A stretch of DNA of 28,479 nucleotides from a virus (IMGVR_UViG_3300048580_000763:1-28479); one strand, 5' to 3'. Positions 1-9,235 are shown, counted from the stretch's first letter. Translations and numbers: made by a program. The notes: generated from the letters alone by a model not told the origin.

Positions 1-126
1 CTCGCCGGCGTCGCCCCACGCCCCCCACTGCGAGAGGCGGGCGCCGTTCGACGCGGGGAACGGAACGACGTCGCCGCCCCGCTTCGCGAGGTTGACGGTC
101 GGGCTGGTCATGGCGGCTCGGGACAT
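1..126 (-). CDS. N-terminus of a truncated gene (possibly portal protein, by position only)
   Basis: ATG at 126 preceded by GGAG; reads MSRAAMTSPTVNLAKRGGDVVPFPASNG... open to the window edge; lies downstream of the terminase. Confidence 0.35.
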   Translation of the reverse strand, partial: MSRAAMTSPTVNLAKRGGDVVPFPASNGARLSQWGAWGDAGE

Positions 127-171
127 CGCGGCTCCGTGGCGTTCGGCCACGGTAGCACGGCGGCGGCCGAA

Positions 172-552
172 CTACCCGCTCCGCGGCCTCGCGTGGCGCG
201 CCTGCGCCGCCGCAAGCACGACCGGGTCGTATTCGAGCCGAACCTGCTCGGCGAACAACTCCTTCGGCCACGGCGTCGCCTTGTCGACGGGTTCGAGCAC
301 GACCCAGCGGTCGCCCTCGCGCTCGGCCTCGTTGACGTCGCGCCGCGGCATCGGGAGCAGTTCGCCGATCCCCGAGAACTTCAGCGGCGAGGCAGGGTCG
401 GCGACGAGCCGGCACTCGACGCCGATCACGACGCCGTAGTGCGCGCGCGAGCCGCCGGACAGCAGGATTACCGGCTTGTCCTTTCGGTGCCCACTGTTGC
501 AGTCCTTGGGCGACCCAGCCGCGGTCACGGTGAACCCGTAGTCGCCGCTCAC
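172..552 (-). CDS. hypothetical protein (126 aa)
   Basis: GTG at 552 overlaps the TGA of the upstream gene (GTGA coupling); protein-like composition only from this start. Confidence 0.6.
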   Translation of the reverse strand: MSGDYGFTVTAAGSPKDCNSGHRKDKPVILLSGGSRAHYGVVIGVECRLVADPASPLKFSGIGELLPMPRRDVNEAEREGDRWVVLEPVDKATPWPKELFAEQVRLEYDPVVLAAAQARHARPRSG

Positions 553-746
553 GGCTTGTGCCCGGCGAGCAGGGCGTCGATCTTCCAGATCAACTCGGTG
601 ACGTGCGGCAGGCTCCCGCCGAGGTCGTCGAGTTCCTCGCGGGCGGCGAGCAGGAGGTTGCGCGCAGCGAACCCGATCTCGTCCGGCCGGGCATCCGGAG
701 CCCTGCGGCCGAGCGCCTCGACCTGCGCCTTCGTCGGGTCGCTCAC
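549..746 (-). CDS. hypothetical protein (65 aa)
   Basis: GTGA coupling at both ends; helical-looking sequence. Confidence 0.65.
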   Translation of the reverse strand: MSDPTKAQVEALGRRAPDARPDEIGFAARNLLLAAREELDDLGGSLPHVTELIWKIDALLAGHKP

Positions 747-949
747 GGCGCCCCCGCGGCCTTGGCCGCCACTCGGGCAACCGCGGCCCGCCGAATCTCG
801 CTGCGCTCCGTCGCGTTGAGCGCGCCGGCCTTGTCGATGTCCGGCCAGTCAGGCTCGCGCCCGATGTAGGCGGCCGTCTCGCACATCGCCTTCGCGCGGT
901 CGTAGGCGGCCGACCACGACGCGAACGGCTCGCGGGTGAGCGGCGTCAC
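743..949 (-). CDS. hypothetical protein (68 aa)
   Basis: GTG at 949 coupled to stop at 946-948; VTPLTREPFASWSAAYDRAK... Confidence 0.6.
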   Translation of the reverse strand: MTPLTREPFASWSAAYDRAKAMCETAAYIGREPDWPDIDKAGALNATERSEIRRAAVARVAAKAAGAP

Positions 950-1119
950 GGCGACACCGCCTCGGCCGCGCACGCGGCGCACGCGCAGTTGAAGTCCTCG
1001 CCACATTCGATCTCGTCGCGCAGCGTTGAGGCGCCGACCACGTCGTCGTCCTCCTCGTCCCACTCGGCCGGCGGGCCGTCGCAGCCCGGCGGGTAGTTGT
1101 CGCTTCCGTACCCGTTCAT
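946..1119 (-). CDS. small acidic Cys-rich protein (57 aa), not in ORF track
   Basis: MNGYGSDNYPPGCDGPPAEWDEEDDDVVGASTLRDEIECGEDFNCACAACAAEAVSP*; GAGGG upstream, repeat motif at 1140-1150, stop overlaps next GTG. Confidence 0.6.
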   Translation of the reverse strand: MNGYGSDNYPPGCDGPPAEWDEEDDDVVGASTLRDEIECGEDFNCACAACAAEAVSP

Positions 1120-1150
1120 CTTGTCGCCCTCGACACCGAGGTAACGGGCG

Positions 1151-2881
1151 TCACCCGTCCCCGCCGTCCTCGGCTTCTCGATCTCCGACCACCACGAAGC
1201 GAGCGCCCCGGTTGAGCAGGTCGTAGGCGACCCGCGCGTATCCGTTGGCGAGGAAGTAGTGGTCGGGCGCCGACCCCTCGGTCCAGACGTACCGGTCGCG
1301 CTTCTCGGACAGCGTCCGCACCGGCGCCTTCATCTGCCGCACGAACCCTTCGACCGCCTCGACGTCGCCGGGGAACACGCGCTCGGCCGGGCCGGCTGCG
1401 ATCTCCTCGAACACCGTGTCGAGCAGTTGCGTCCGGTCGACCGTCACGATCCGCGACGACCGGTCGAGCTTCATCGCATACTTCTCGTCCCCCGACTTCG
1501 CGCCCGGATGGAACTGGCACAGCCACACGGCGAGCCGGCCGCCCTTGTTGCGCGCCTTGTCCCGTATCTCCTGACACTTCGTCCGCTCGGGTCCAGCGTC
1601 GAACACGGCGACCTGCACCCGGTAGCGTTCGAGGATGTCCCACGCCGCGTCGAACGAGCCAACGGCTGCGACGAGGGCGGCGCGCCGCGTCACCTTGCCG
1701 CCCGGCAACTTCTCGATCACGTCGACGAACACGTTGAGCACCTTGCCGACGTCCACGCCGGCGACGACCGTTCGAGAGCCGTAGCCCTCGCCGCCGACGG
1801 CGTCGTTCGCCGGGCCGACGGCGCAGCGCGACAGCATGGTCCCCGACACGCTGAACCCTTCGGCGTCCACCGCTTCGCCGAGCACGCCGCGCCGGAACTG
1901 GATCACACCCTCGACCGAGCCCTGCTTCTTGTTCCACTCGACGATCAACGCCCGGAGGCTCTGCGACAGGACGTCGAGCCGCGACATCGTGTAGCTCCGG
2001 CGCCCCGCGTCTGGCCTCGCCGCGACCCACGCCGCGCCCTTCGCCAGCCGGTCGAACGGCCGGCGGCAGGACACGCAGACGGGCCGAACGTCACCCCTCG
2101 ACGGGTCGTCGCTCCGCTCGGCGTCCCGTGCGATCCAGCCGCCCGTGTCGGTTCGCTCGACGATGTGGACGTCCCACGCGAGCACCTGTCGGTGTCCGCA
2201 GCAGGAGCAGCGCCAGAACCACCGGCGGCCGTCGCCCTCGTCGTAGAGCTTCGAGATTCCCCAGCCGGGCCGGGTCGGGTTCCCGAGCCGGAACATCTGC
2301 GGGTGCGGCGACGCCCGGAGCCGGTTCTCGGCCAGCGCGAGGTTCTTCTCGCCGCCGGCGTTCACGCACTCGTCGTACTCGTCGACGATCAGGACGTCGG
2401 TCGAGAACTCGACGAACTCGTCCGACACGCCCGCGCCGAGGTATCGCTGCGACCCCTTCCCGAAGTGCTTCACACGGATGTTCGACGAGCCCTCGGCCTC
2501 GGTCGAGCCCTCGGCGATCTCGCCGCCGAGCAGGACGCGGTACTCCGGCACGATCCGATGGAGCGGGTCGACCCGCGTCTTCACGAAGTCGTCGCGGCCC
2601 CGGCCTTTCGGCAGGACGTAGGTGACCGACCGAGCGGCCCAACCGCTCCGCTCCTGCGTGAACGCGACCATCAACTCCGACCACCCGGTCTGCACCGCCT
2701 TGACCGCGTCGGCGCCTTCGAGGTTCGGGAAGTCGCGCCACAACTCGACGAGGTACGGCATCGACGCGAACGAGAGCGGCTGGCCGCGCGTGTTCCGGTG
2801 AACGCCCCGGCCGAGCCCGAGCAGCGGGAACTCGGCGGCGAGGCGGGCGTCGAGCCCCGCGTAGGGGGGCGGGGTGGTCAC
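1151..2881 (-). CDS. phage terminase large subunit, lambda GpA-like family
   Basis: Walker A-like KAVQTGWSE, Walker B LIVDEYD, GNPT coupling motif, CSCC...CVSC Zn motif, nuclease motifs GVDVG and DHY; GTG at 2881 coupled to upstream stop. Confidence 0.9.
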   Translation of the reverse strand: MTTPPPYAGLDARLAAEFPLLGLGRGVHRNTRGQPLSFASMPYLVELWRDFPNLEGADAVKAVQTGWSELMVAFTQERSGWAARSVTYVLPKGRGRDDFVKTRVDPLHRIVPEYRVLLGGEIAEGSTEAEGSSNIRVKHFGKGSQRYLGAGVSDEFVEFSTDVLIVDEYDECVNAGGEKNLALAENRLRASPHPQMFRLGNPTRPGWGISKLYDEGDGRRWFWRCSCCGHRQVLAWDVHIVERTDTGGWIARDAERSDDPSRGDVRPVCVSCRRPFDRLAKGAAWVAARPDAGRRSYTMSRLDVLSQSLRALIVEWNKKQGSVEGVIQFRRGVLGEAVDAEGFSVSGTMLSRCAVGPANDAVGGEGYGSRTVVAGVDVGKVLNVFVDVIEKLPGGKVTRRAALVAAVGSFDAAWDILERYRVQVAVFDAGPERTKCQEIRDKARNKGGRLAVWLCQFHPGAKSGDEKYAMKLDRSSRIVTVDRTQLLDTVFEEIAAGPAERVFPGDVEAVEGFVRQMKAPVRTLSEKRDRYVWTEGSAPDHYFLANGYARVAYDLLNRGARFVVVGDREAEDGGDG

Positions 2882-3582
2882 CCAACCCCCACCGACTCGG
2901 CCGTCGGCGCGCCGTTCGCGAGCAGGGTCCAGACCTCGTAAGGGGGCGACCGGCCGTCGGTCGGCGCGTACACGTCGACCTGAACGCCGACCCCGTGCAT
3001 GACCGCCCGGCCCGTGATCGAGGCCTCGGCGGCGAGGCGGGCGGCCCTGAGCGGCCCGGCTTCGATCAGCCAGCGCGGCCGGAGCGCCGGGTGCGGAACC
3101 CACACGGACCGGCCGAGCAGGACGAGCGCCCGCGCGCCTCGCTTACCGACGTCGCCGAGCGGCGGCGAGACGACCGGAGGGTGGCCGCCGAACTCCCGAA
3201 GCTCGGCGTCGAGGTCGAGGTCGGGCAGGTCGGCGTCGCCCATCAGCCCGACCGGCTCCGGCGCGACCCGAGCGGCGAGCGGCGACCAGAACTCGACCAC
3301 GTTGCCGTCGCCGCCCCGGTAGACCTCGACGAACAGGGCCGCCCCGTCGCAGCGGGCGCGAGCGGTCGTCGACTGACTCGACGCTTCGGTAAGGGCGGCG
3401 AGCCCGCGACGGTCGAGGACGAGCCGGACGTCCTTCCCGGCTACCGGGCCGCCGTAGGTGAACCGCGCAAGGTGAGCCGGGTAGCCGGCCCGCTGCATCA
3501 GCGCACCGTGCGAGCGATGCTCGACGAGCGGCGAGCCGGGCGACGGCGACGGGCGGGGTGAGACGACGTCACCCGCGGTCAC
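2878..3582 (-). CDS. hypothetical protein with internally duplicated domain (234 aa)
   Basis: GTGA-coupled start at 3582; two similar halves (EASSQSTTARA..LFVEVY..VEFWSPLA / AAEASITGRA..VQVDVY..YEVWTLLA). Confidence 0.65.
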   Translation of the reverse strand: MTAGDVVSPRPSPSPGSPLVEHRSHGALMQRAGYPAHLARFTYGGPVAGKDVRLVLDRRGLAALTEASSQSTTARARCDGAALFVEVYRGGDGNVVEFWSPLAARVAPEPVGLMGDADLPDLDLDAELREFGGHPPVVSPPLGDVGKRGARALVLLGRSVWVPHPALRPRWLIEAGPLRAARLAAEASITGRAVMHGVGVQVDVYAPTDGRSPPYEVWTLLANGAPTAESVGVG

Positions 3583-3698
3583 GGCCACCTCGCGAGCACG
3601 AACGTCCACGCGATGAAGATCGGGCCGCCGAGGATCGCGGCGAGAACGCCGTACACGAGCCAGATCGGCGGCGGCGCGCCCGGACTTGCCGTTCCCAT
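3579..3698 (-). CDS. small single-TM membrane protein (39 aa), not in ORF track
   Basis: MGTASPGAPPIWLVYGVLAAILGGPIFIAWTFVLARWP*; GGAGG RBS, TGATG and GTGA coupling. Confidence 0.65.
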   Translation of the reverse strand: MGTASPGAPPPIWLVYGVLAAILGGPIFIAWTFVLARWP

Positions 3699-3964
3699 CA
3701 CCCTCCCCCCTTCGCGCCGAGCAGGCGCAGTTGTTCTCGGTCAGGGCCGATCCACTCGTCGACCCACGCCTTGCCGCCGTCTCCCGGCTCTCGGATGGGC
3801 GCACCATCGCACCCGTCGGCGCTCGCCTCGCTCTCTGCGAGGAGCGGCGCCAAGGCCGCGCGTAGCTGGTCGATCACGACCGCCTTCCGTCGGCGCGGGA
3901 TGTTGCGCGACTCGCGCGGCAGCGAGGCAAGGAGAGCCCGAACGGCGTCGAGGTCAATAGCCAT
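3698..3964 (-). CDS. hypothetical protein (88 aa)
   Basis: MAIDLDAVRALLASLP...; GGAGG upstream of ATG 3964. Confidence 0.6.
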   Translation of the reverse strand: MAIDLDAVRALLASLPRESRNIPRRRKAVVIDQLRAALAPLLAESEASADGCDGAPIREPGDGGKAWVDEWIGPDREQLRLLGAKGGG

Positions 3965-4271
3965 CGGAGCCCTCCGCGCGTTGAACGAGCCGGCGAACGC
4001 GCGCCTGCTCCTCGTCGGGCAGCGCCGCGAGCGCATCGGCGTGCTCCGGCTCGATGCCCTCGGCGCTGGCCTCCTGCCACGTCACATCCTCGGCGGTGAG
4101 CGGCCATGCGACGTGGTGAGTCGCACCCCACCGCCAATAGCCGTGGCTGTCGCACGTCAGGTCGGCGCTGAGCACGCCGTCCTGCGCGGTGGGGTGGCGG
4201 CAGGTGTCGCCCGTGAAGCGGAACGGCGCCGTTTCGGGCGGGAGGTCCAGGGGGCGAAGGTCAAAGAGCAT
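3954..4271 (-). CDS. hypothetical protein (~105 aa; start uncertain)
   Basis: GGAGG before ATG 4271; MLFDLRPLDLPPETAPFRF... Confidence 0.55.
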   Translation of the reverse strand: MLFDLRPLDLPPETAPFRFTGDTCRHPTAQDGVLSADLTCDSHGYWRWGATHHVAWPLTAEDVTWQEASAEGIEPEHADALAALPDEEQARVRRLVQRAEGSDGY

Positions 4272-4315
4272 GGCGGGCCTCCAGAGCGGCGACGAGGGCT
4301 TCGGCTTCCACGTCG

Positions 4316-4609
4316 CTAAGCGTGGTCGGCATGGTCGCACTCCTCTCGCGCGGGCAGGTAGTAGGCATGTTCGCCGACGCCGCGCCGCGTGATCCCCTCC
4401 TCGTCCATCCGAACGTCCCGATACCACGTCTCACACTTCAGGATGGGCACGTCGAGGCACCACACTTCCGTAATGACGTGGTCATCGCTGGTATACGAGG
4501 CTCCAACGCCTACGCCCGAATCCGGCTGGCCGAGCAAATCGCGCAGGGTGCGCCACAGCGCCACCCCCAGCGACTCAGGGCAGCGCAGCCACCGCACGTC
4601 GCCGCTCAC
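4316..4609 (-). CDS. hypothetical phage protein (97 aa)
   Basis: GTG start coupled to upstream mini-ORF; non-shadow amino-acid composition. Confidence 0.6.
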   Translation of the reverse strand: MSGDVRWLRCPESLGVALWRTLRDLLGQPDSGVGVGASYTSDDHVITEVWCLDVPILKCETWYRDVRMDEEGITRRGVGEHAYYLPAREECDHADHA

Positions 4610-4653
4610 GACGCCACCCCCCCGCAGTCCACGAGCGCATCGTAGATCGCCAT
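4606..4653 (-). CDS. putative 15-aa mini-ORF (MAIYDALVDCGGVAS)
   Basis: GGGAG RBS, repeat motif at 4675-4685, TGA overlaps GTG of next gene. Confidence 0.35.
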   Translation of the reverse strand: MAIYDALVDCGGVAS

Positions 4654-4656
4654 CGC

Positions 4657-6018
4657 CTATTCTCCCACCGCTTCGGTAACGGGCGACGACTCGACGCCGA
4701 TCGTAACGGCGTCGCCTTCATCCCCGACCTCGCCGAGCGCGTCGAGGATCACGGCCAACTCCGCGACGTCGTCGCGCATGGCCCGGACGAGCGCGCCCTT
4801 GTCGGTGGACTGGCGAGCGTCGGCGACCCGCGCCGAGTCGCGCCACCCGGCCCCGCGGGCGTCGAGCAGGCCGGTGTGCTCCGTGCGGGACGTCGCGCCC
4901 CCGGTCAGGAGCGCCCGCGCCTTGATCAGCATCGGCAGCGAGGACATCGTGACCTTGACCTTGCCCGCCCCGAGTTCGCGGGCGAAGTACCCGAACGCCG
5001 CGTCGACCAGCTTCACGAGCCGGTCGGTCGGGTCCGCGGCGGCGGCCTCGGCCTCGGCCCGCTGGGTCGCGAGCAGCGACAGGAGCCGAACCTCGGCGTC
5101 CGGGCTCGCGGCCCGTGCGGCGGCCAGCAGTTCGCGGTCGACCTCCCGCAGCGACCGCTCGTCGATGGGCGAGCCCATGATCGAGCGCAGCACGTTCCGG
5201 GCGTCCTGCGCCGTCAGCACGACCTTCTCGCCGCCCTTGCGCTCCCGGTCGGCGATCCGATCCGCGGTCCGCGCCACGGCCTCGGCCGCCTTCGCCCGCG
5301 CTTCGAGGGCCGCGCCCCTTGTCCGCGGCTTGCGCCCGACGGCGTCCGCGATCGCCGAGCCCACGTCGTCGCCGATCAGCTTCGCCACGACCGACCCGTC
5401 CGACGGTGCCGGCTTGACCGCTTCGAGGTCGACCGTCCGCCCCCCTCTCGGCGTGCCGGCCTTCATCCCGTTCTGCACGCTTACGGGCTCGGCATCGGCG
5501 ATCGCGGCCGCGAAATGGTCGTGCCGGCTCGACCGGCGCTCGTTCTGCCGCGCCTCGATGTCCTCCGCGAGCCGGGCGGCCGAGCAAAGCCAGAGTTCCG
5601 GGATGGAGTCGGCCGGCGGGTCGAGGACGGCGGCGATCCCGAGAATCTCGCGCCCGCTCATTTCGAGCAGGTACAGCCGCCGGTACGTCACGTATGCGAC
5701 CTCGTCCGGCCGGGCGAACCCTTCGATCCGAGCCGCGAACTTGCGGTTCTTGTGGGCGAGCCGCATCAGGTACTTCGAGGTGGACGTCGCGGCGGCGCAG
5801 GCCGCGAGCAACGCCATCTGGTTCGGGTACGACGTCCCGCCCGCCATCGCCCACATCAGGAACGCCCGGTGCTCCGGGGCTGTCTCGCCCCTCACCCGCG
5901 GCAACTCGACCCGAGCCCGAACCCGGATCGCAGACGCGAGGGCGGCGCCCGACAACCTCTTGGCCGTCCGCTTGTCGGTCGCCGTCTGCGCCTTCGTGTT
6001 CTTGTCGGCCACGGTCAT
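4657..6018 (-). CDS. hypothetical protein (453 aa); candidate terminase small subunit-like/DNA-binding protein
   Basis: AAGGA upstream of start; helical; C-terminal TSRTEHTG segment resembles small-terminase tails (weak); upstream of terL. Confidence 0.6.
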   Translation of the reverse strand: MTVADKNTKAQTATDKRTAKRLSGAALASAIRVRARVELPRVRGETAPEHRAFLMWAMAGGTSYPNQMALLAACAAATSTSKYLMRLAHKNRKFAARIEGFARPDEVAYVTYRRLYLLEMSGREILGIAAVLDPPADSIPELWLCSAARLAEDIEARQNERRSSRHDHFAAAIADAEPVSVQNGMKAGTPRGGRTVDLEAVKPAPSDGSVVAKLIGDDVGSAIADAVGRKPRTRGAALEARAKAAEAVARTADRIADRERKGGEKVVLTAQDARNVLRSIMGSPIDERSLREVDRELLAAARAASPDAEVRLLSLLATQRAEAEAAAADPTDRLVKLVDAAFGYFARELGAGKVKVTMSSLPMLIKARALLTGGATSRTEHTGLLDARGAGWRDSARVADARQSTDKGALVRAMRDDVAELAVILDALGEVGDEGDAVTIGVESSPVTEAVGE

Positions 6019-6048
6019 CCTTTAGCGCGCCGAGAGCGCGCCCGCAGC

Positions 6049-6429
6049 CTACGTTTTCTCGTCGCTGGCGCATGTCCGCGACGTGGCCTCGGCCGTCGAC
6101 GACCGCGGGGTAGCCTCGGAGGCGGTAGCGGGCACGGCTCGCCGCTCGGGTTCGACGGCTTGAACGCCGGCAGTATCGGCGGCGGCGAACGCCGGAACGC
6201 GTGCCTCCAATCGCGCCGACGGCCTGTTCTCGGGTAGCCGCCCGAGCCGGGCGAGCGTCGCTTCGACGGCCGCGATGGGCGGCGAGCCGGCGGCGAGGAG
6301 GAAGGTGGAGCGGTCCGGCCGCAGCAGTCGCCAGCGGTCGGCGCCCACGGTCCCGAGCACGCGACAGCGCACGCCGTCGACCACGACGACCCACCCGCGA
6401 GCGGCCTTCGTGTCGACGGCCCCGATCAT
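6049..6429 (-). CDS. hypothetical protein (126 aa)
   Basis: fills the gap in the leftward gene run; beta-rich N-terminus. Confidence 0.45.
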   Translation of the reverse strand: MIGAVDTKAARGWVVVVDGVRCRVLGTVGADRWRLLRPDRSTFLLAAGSPPIAAVEATLARLGRLPENRPSARLEARVPAFAAADTAGVQAVEPERRAVPATASEATPRSSTAEATSRTCASDEKT

Positions 6430-6451
6430 CGGTCCGGGCCGGCGGCGCGGC

Positions 6452-7657
6452 TCACCGGCCGCCTTCAGGCTCGGGCGTCCGGCCCTCGACGATCGCGCGC
6501 AGGGCTCGGACGGTGACGGCGGACGGCGACCGCCCGTCCTCGACGGCGCCTTCGAGGTCGTCGAGCATCTGCCCCGCGACGTACTTCAGGACCGACAGCA
6601 TCCACCGCTCTCGGCTCGACTCGGCGGCGAGGTCGGCGTTCGGCTTGCTTCCGATCCCACGACGGTCGTCATAGGCGTCGAGGGCTTGGTGCGTCGGGAC
6701 CGATAGGCCGGCGACGTCGTTCCCGTCGTGCATGAAGGCGAGCAGGGCGGCGTGCTCTGCCGCGTCGGCGCGGACGGCGGCCAACGTGGCGACGGCCTCG
6801 TTGCGTTCGGCCGAGAAGATCAGGGCGGACTTCGACAGGTCGTCGCCGCGGTTGCGCTCGACGCGCAGCTTGTCGGCGAGCCGCGCGATCCGATGTTCGA
6901 GCGCGAGCCCCGACGGAACCTGCGCCGCGTCGAGGACGAGGTGCGCCGCGTCCCGTTCGATCTCCATCTTGCCGATGGTCGCCTCTGCCCGCTCGGCCCA
7001 TGCCCGGACGGCTTCGATCTCGGTCGGCGGCGTCGGCGGCTCGCCCGGCTCCCCCGCGGTCGGGAGGCACGGCGCGGCCTGCGCCTCGACGGCAGGCGGC
7101 CCCTCGGGGGATAGGTCGGCGACGGCAGGCGGCCCCTCGGCGCCGGCGGCGAGGTCGGCGACGGTCGGCGTCTTGTTCGTTCGCTCGGCGATCCGCCTCT
7201 GCCGGGCGGCCCACAGCGTCTCGAACGCCTCGTGCGGCGCCGTCGCCGCATCGAAGTCGGCCGGAATGTCGCCGTCCTCCCTCATGGTCTTGGCCCGCGC
7301 CGTGTGCTGGTTGCACAGCGGCACCCGGCCGAGCTTCATGCAGTCGCCCCATCGGCACGACCGGTAGGGCTTGCGGCCGTCGTGCTCGAACGGCCGTGGC
7401 GCCTTCGGCTTGGCCGGTCGCTCGGCAACGAGCAGGCTCGCCCGGTCGTCCGACTCGGCCGCTCGCTCGCCGAACCGCTCCCGCCGCTCGGCGGCGACCA
7501 GCGCGTTCGACTCTGCGATCTGGACCGCGTGGTGCGGGCAGACGCGCTTCTGCTCGCTCACGCCGGAGCGGTAGAGCATGGACACCGTGGCGGTCCCCTC
7601 GCCCGGACACGGCTTGCCGGTGGCCTCGTGCTTCGTGACTTCGCATAGCAGCATCAT
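6452..7657 (-). CDS. hypothetical protein with Cys/His Zn-ribbon-like motifs and coiled coil (401 aa)
   Basis: ATG 7657 after GAAGGA, coupled to upstream stop; motifs C..PC..CPHH and CRWGDC..CNQH; heptad-rich C-terminal half. Confidence 0.7.
   Translation of the reverse strand: MMLLCEVTKHEATGKPCPGEGTATVSMLYRSGVSEQKRVCPHHAVQIAESNALVAAERRERFGERAAESDDRASLLVAERPAKPKAPRPFEHDGRKPYRSCRWGDCMKLGRVPLCNQHTARAKTMREDGDIPADFDAATAPHEAFETLWAARQRRIAERTNKTPTVADLAAGAEGPPAVADLSPEGPPAVEAQAAPCLPTAGEPGEPPTPPTEIEAVRAWAERAEATIGKMEIERDAAHLVLDAAQVPSGLALEHRIARLADKLRVERNRGDDLSKSALIFSAERNEAVATLAAVRADAAEHAALLAFMHDGNDVAGLSVPTHQALDAYDDRRGIGSKPNADLAAESSRERWMLSVLKYVAGQMLDDLEGAVEDGRSPSAVTVRALRAIVEGRTPEPEGGR
7087..7164. repeat. 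imperfect in-frame tandem repeat (VADL..EGPPAV)
   Basis: CGACGGCAGGCGGCCCCTCGG at 7087-7107 and 7120-7140; AGGTCGGCGACGG at 7113-7125 and 7152-7164. Confidence 0.8.
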
Positions 7658-8019
7658 CGGTCCTTCTTCTCCGTCGGGAACAGGTTGGCGAGCGCCGCGG
7701 TCTGGCCCTCGCTGAATCGCAGGTAGGTGACGAGGGTGTAGACGAACGCGGACCCCTCGACCCAACTCGGCGCGACCACGAACATACCGCGGCGGTCGGC
7801 GGCGAGGAGGTAACGGTCGCGCCCCGGCCCTCGCGGCTGGCGGCGCTGCAAGATCGTACACGCGAGGTCGGATTCGATCTCGGTCGCCTCGTCGATCAAC
7901 TCGCAGACGGCCCACGCGGACCGAACGTCGTGGTGCTCGGCCACCCGCTCGCGGGCGTGACCGCTCACCCACACGGCGGGCATGTCGGGCCGCTCGGATA
8001 GCCTCGGGAGCGGCTTCAC
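7654..8019 (-). CDS. hypothetical protein with HARER motif, possibly RelE/BrnT-like fold (121 aa)
   Basis: VWVSGHARERVAE near N-terminus, LVTY near C-terminus; GTGA-coupled. Confidence 0.6.
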   Translation of the reverse strand: MKPLPRLSERPDMPAVWVSGHARERVAEHHDVRSAWAVCELIDEATEIESDLACTILQRRQPRGPGRDRYLLAADRRGMFVVAPSWVEGSAFVYTLVTYLRFSEGQTAALANLFPTEKKDR

Positions 8020-8561
8020 GGGCACACCGGGTAGACGGCAAGCGTCGCGCCGGCGGGACCGGCCCTGACCGCGGCAACGACGTCGTCGGGAACGCGCCAC
8101 AGGCCCTGCGCGCCCTTGCACGGCACCGGGACGGCGAGGGCGTGGACACGATCGAACCGCCACTGCTCGTGGCCGGGAACGGCCCACGGGCTCGCCTTGG
8201 CGGCAGGGTCCGATAACGCGGCGACCCGGACGACGGCGACGACCGCGCTGCGGGGCAGGGCGGCGAGGTAGCCGGCGCGGACGGTGCGCCACCGCGACTC
8301 CCTGTTGCCGACGTGTCGCTCCACGCGCACGTCGGTCAGGTCGGCCGGGAGGAACGGCCCGGCGGTCACGGCGAGCCAGTCGCGGAACTCCGGCGAGTCC
8401 GCGTCGGGGTAGTTCTGCTTTCCGGCGTGGATCGCGAGCCACGCGCCGACGGGAAGCCGGCGCCCCGGAAGCCACGTCCGGTTCTCGACGTCCTTCCCCC
8501 ACGACGCGATGCCCGTCGCGAACGGCTGCAGGACGGTCAGCGCGTAGAGTTCACGAGACAT
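8016..8561 (-). CDS. ASCH domain protein
   Basis: ALTVLQPFATGIASWGKDVENRTW, LAIHAG, PVPCKGAQGLW signatures. Confidence 0.9.
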   Translation of the reverse strand: MSRELYALTVLQPFATGIASWGKDVENRTWLPGRRLPVGAWLAIHAGKQNYPDADSPEFRDWLAVTAGPFLPADLTDVRVERHVGNRESRWRTVRAGYLAALPRSAVVAVVRVAALSDPAAKASPWAVPGHEQWRFDRVHALAVPVPCKGAQGLWRVPDDVVAAVRAGPAGATLAVYPVCP

Positions 8562-9174
8562 CGCCGACGACCTCCTCAGACGCCTTCGTCGCCACGAGCT
8601 TCGCAGGGTACGGCATCGAGCACCCTTCGGCGTGGGCGACGAGCCGCTCGGGCACCGTCTCGTCGCCGAAGTCGACCCGGAGCCCGGACGCCTCGACGAC
8701 GGCGCCGAGCGGGAGGTGAATCCGGGCGTCGGCGTACAGCGGGCGCTCGAAGCGGGTCAGCAGGGTCAGCGGGTCGATCTCCAGCCGCCGGTGAAGCGCG
8801 ACGCAGTCGGCATCTCGCTCGCCGAACCGTTCCCGCCCCTCGGTGCCGAGCCCCTCGGCCAGTTCGCGGGCGACGTAGTCGCGGAGCACGGCCTCGACGC
8901 AGACGCATCGGATCAAGCTCGACGGCCCGCCGACCGGTCGGCCGGTCCGGGCGAGCATGTGCATCCACGCGCGGCCGACGAGGACGTGGAAGGTGCGGGT
9001 GTCGTCAGACTCCTCGCTCTCGTCCGGTACGACGACGTGCGCGACCCGAACGCAGCGGCGCTGCCGGTCGGCCGGCATCGCGTCGGGGAAGCCCGCCGTC
9101 GTCTTGATCTCACCGCTCGCCGGGTAGCCGAGCACCGCTCGCACCGCCTTCTCGGCACCGCTCGTTTCGTCCAT
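8551..9174 (-). CDS. hypothetical protein (207 aa)
   Basis: GGAGGTGA RBS before ATG; repeat motif at 9193-9203. Confidence 0.7.
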   Translation of the reverse strand: MDETSGAEKAVRAVLGYPASGEIKTTAGFPDAMPADRQRRCVRVAHVVVPDESEESDDTRTFHVLVGRAWMHMLARTGRPVGGPSSLIRCVCVEAVLRDYVARELAEGLGTEGRERFGERDADCVALHRRLEIDPLTLLTRFERPLYADARIHLPLGAVVEASGLRVDFGDETVPERLVAHAEGCSMPYPAKLVATKASEEVVGDVS

Positions 9175-9235
9175 CGATCACCTCCCGCCCACGGTAACGA
9201 GCGAGCCGCGGCGCCGCCGGCTGGAGCGAGCCGCG

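Noticed and set aside
7087-7164. Short tandem repeats as CRISPR or regulatory array
   Set aside because: In-frame, about two copies, encodes a Pro/Ala linker
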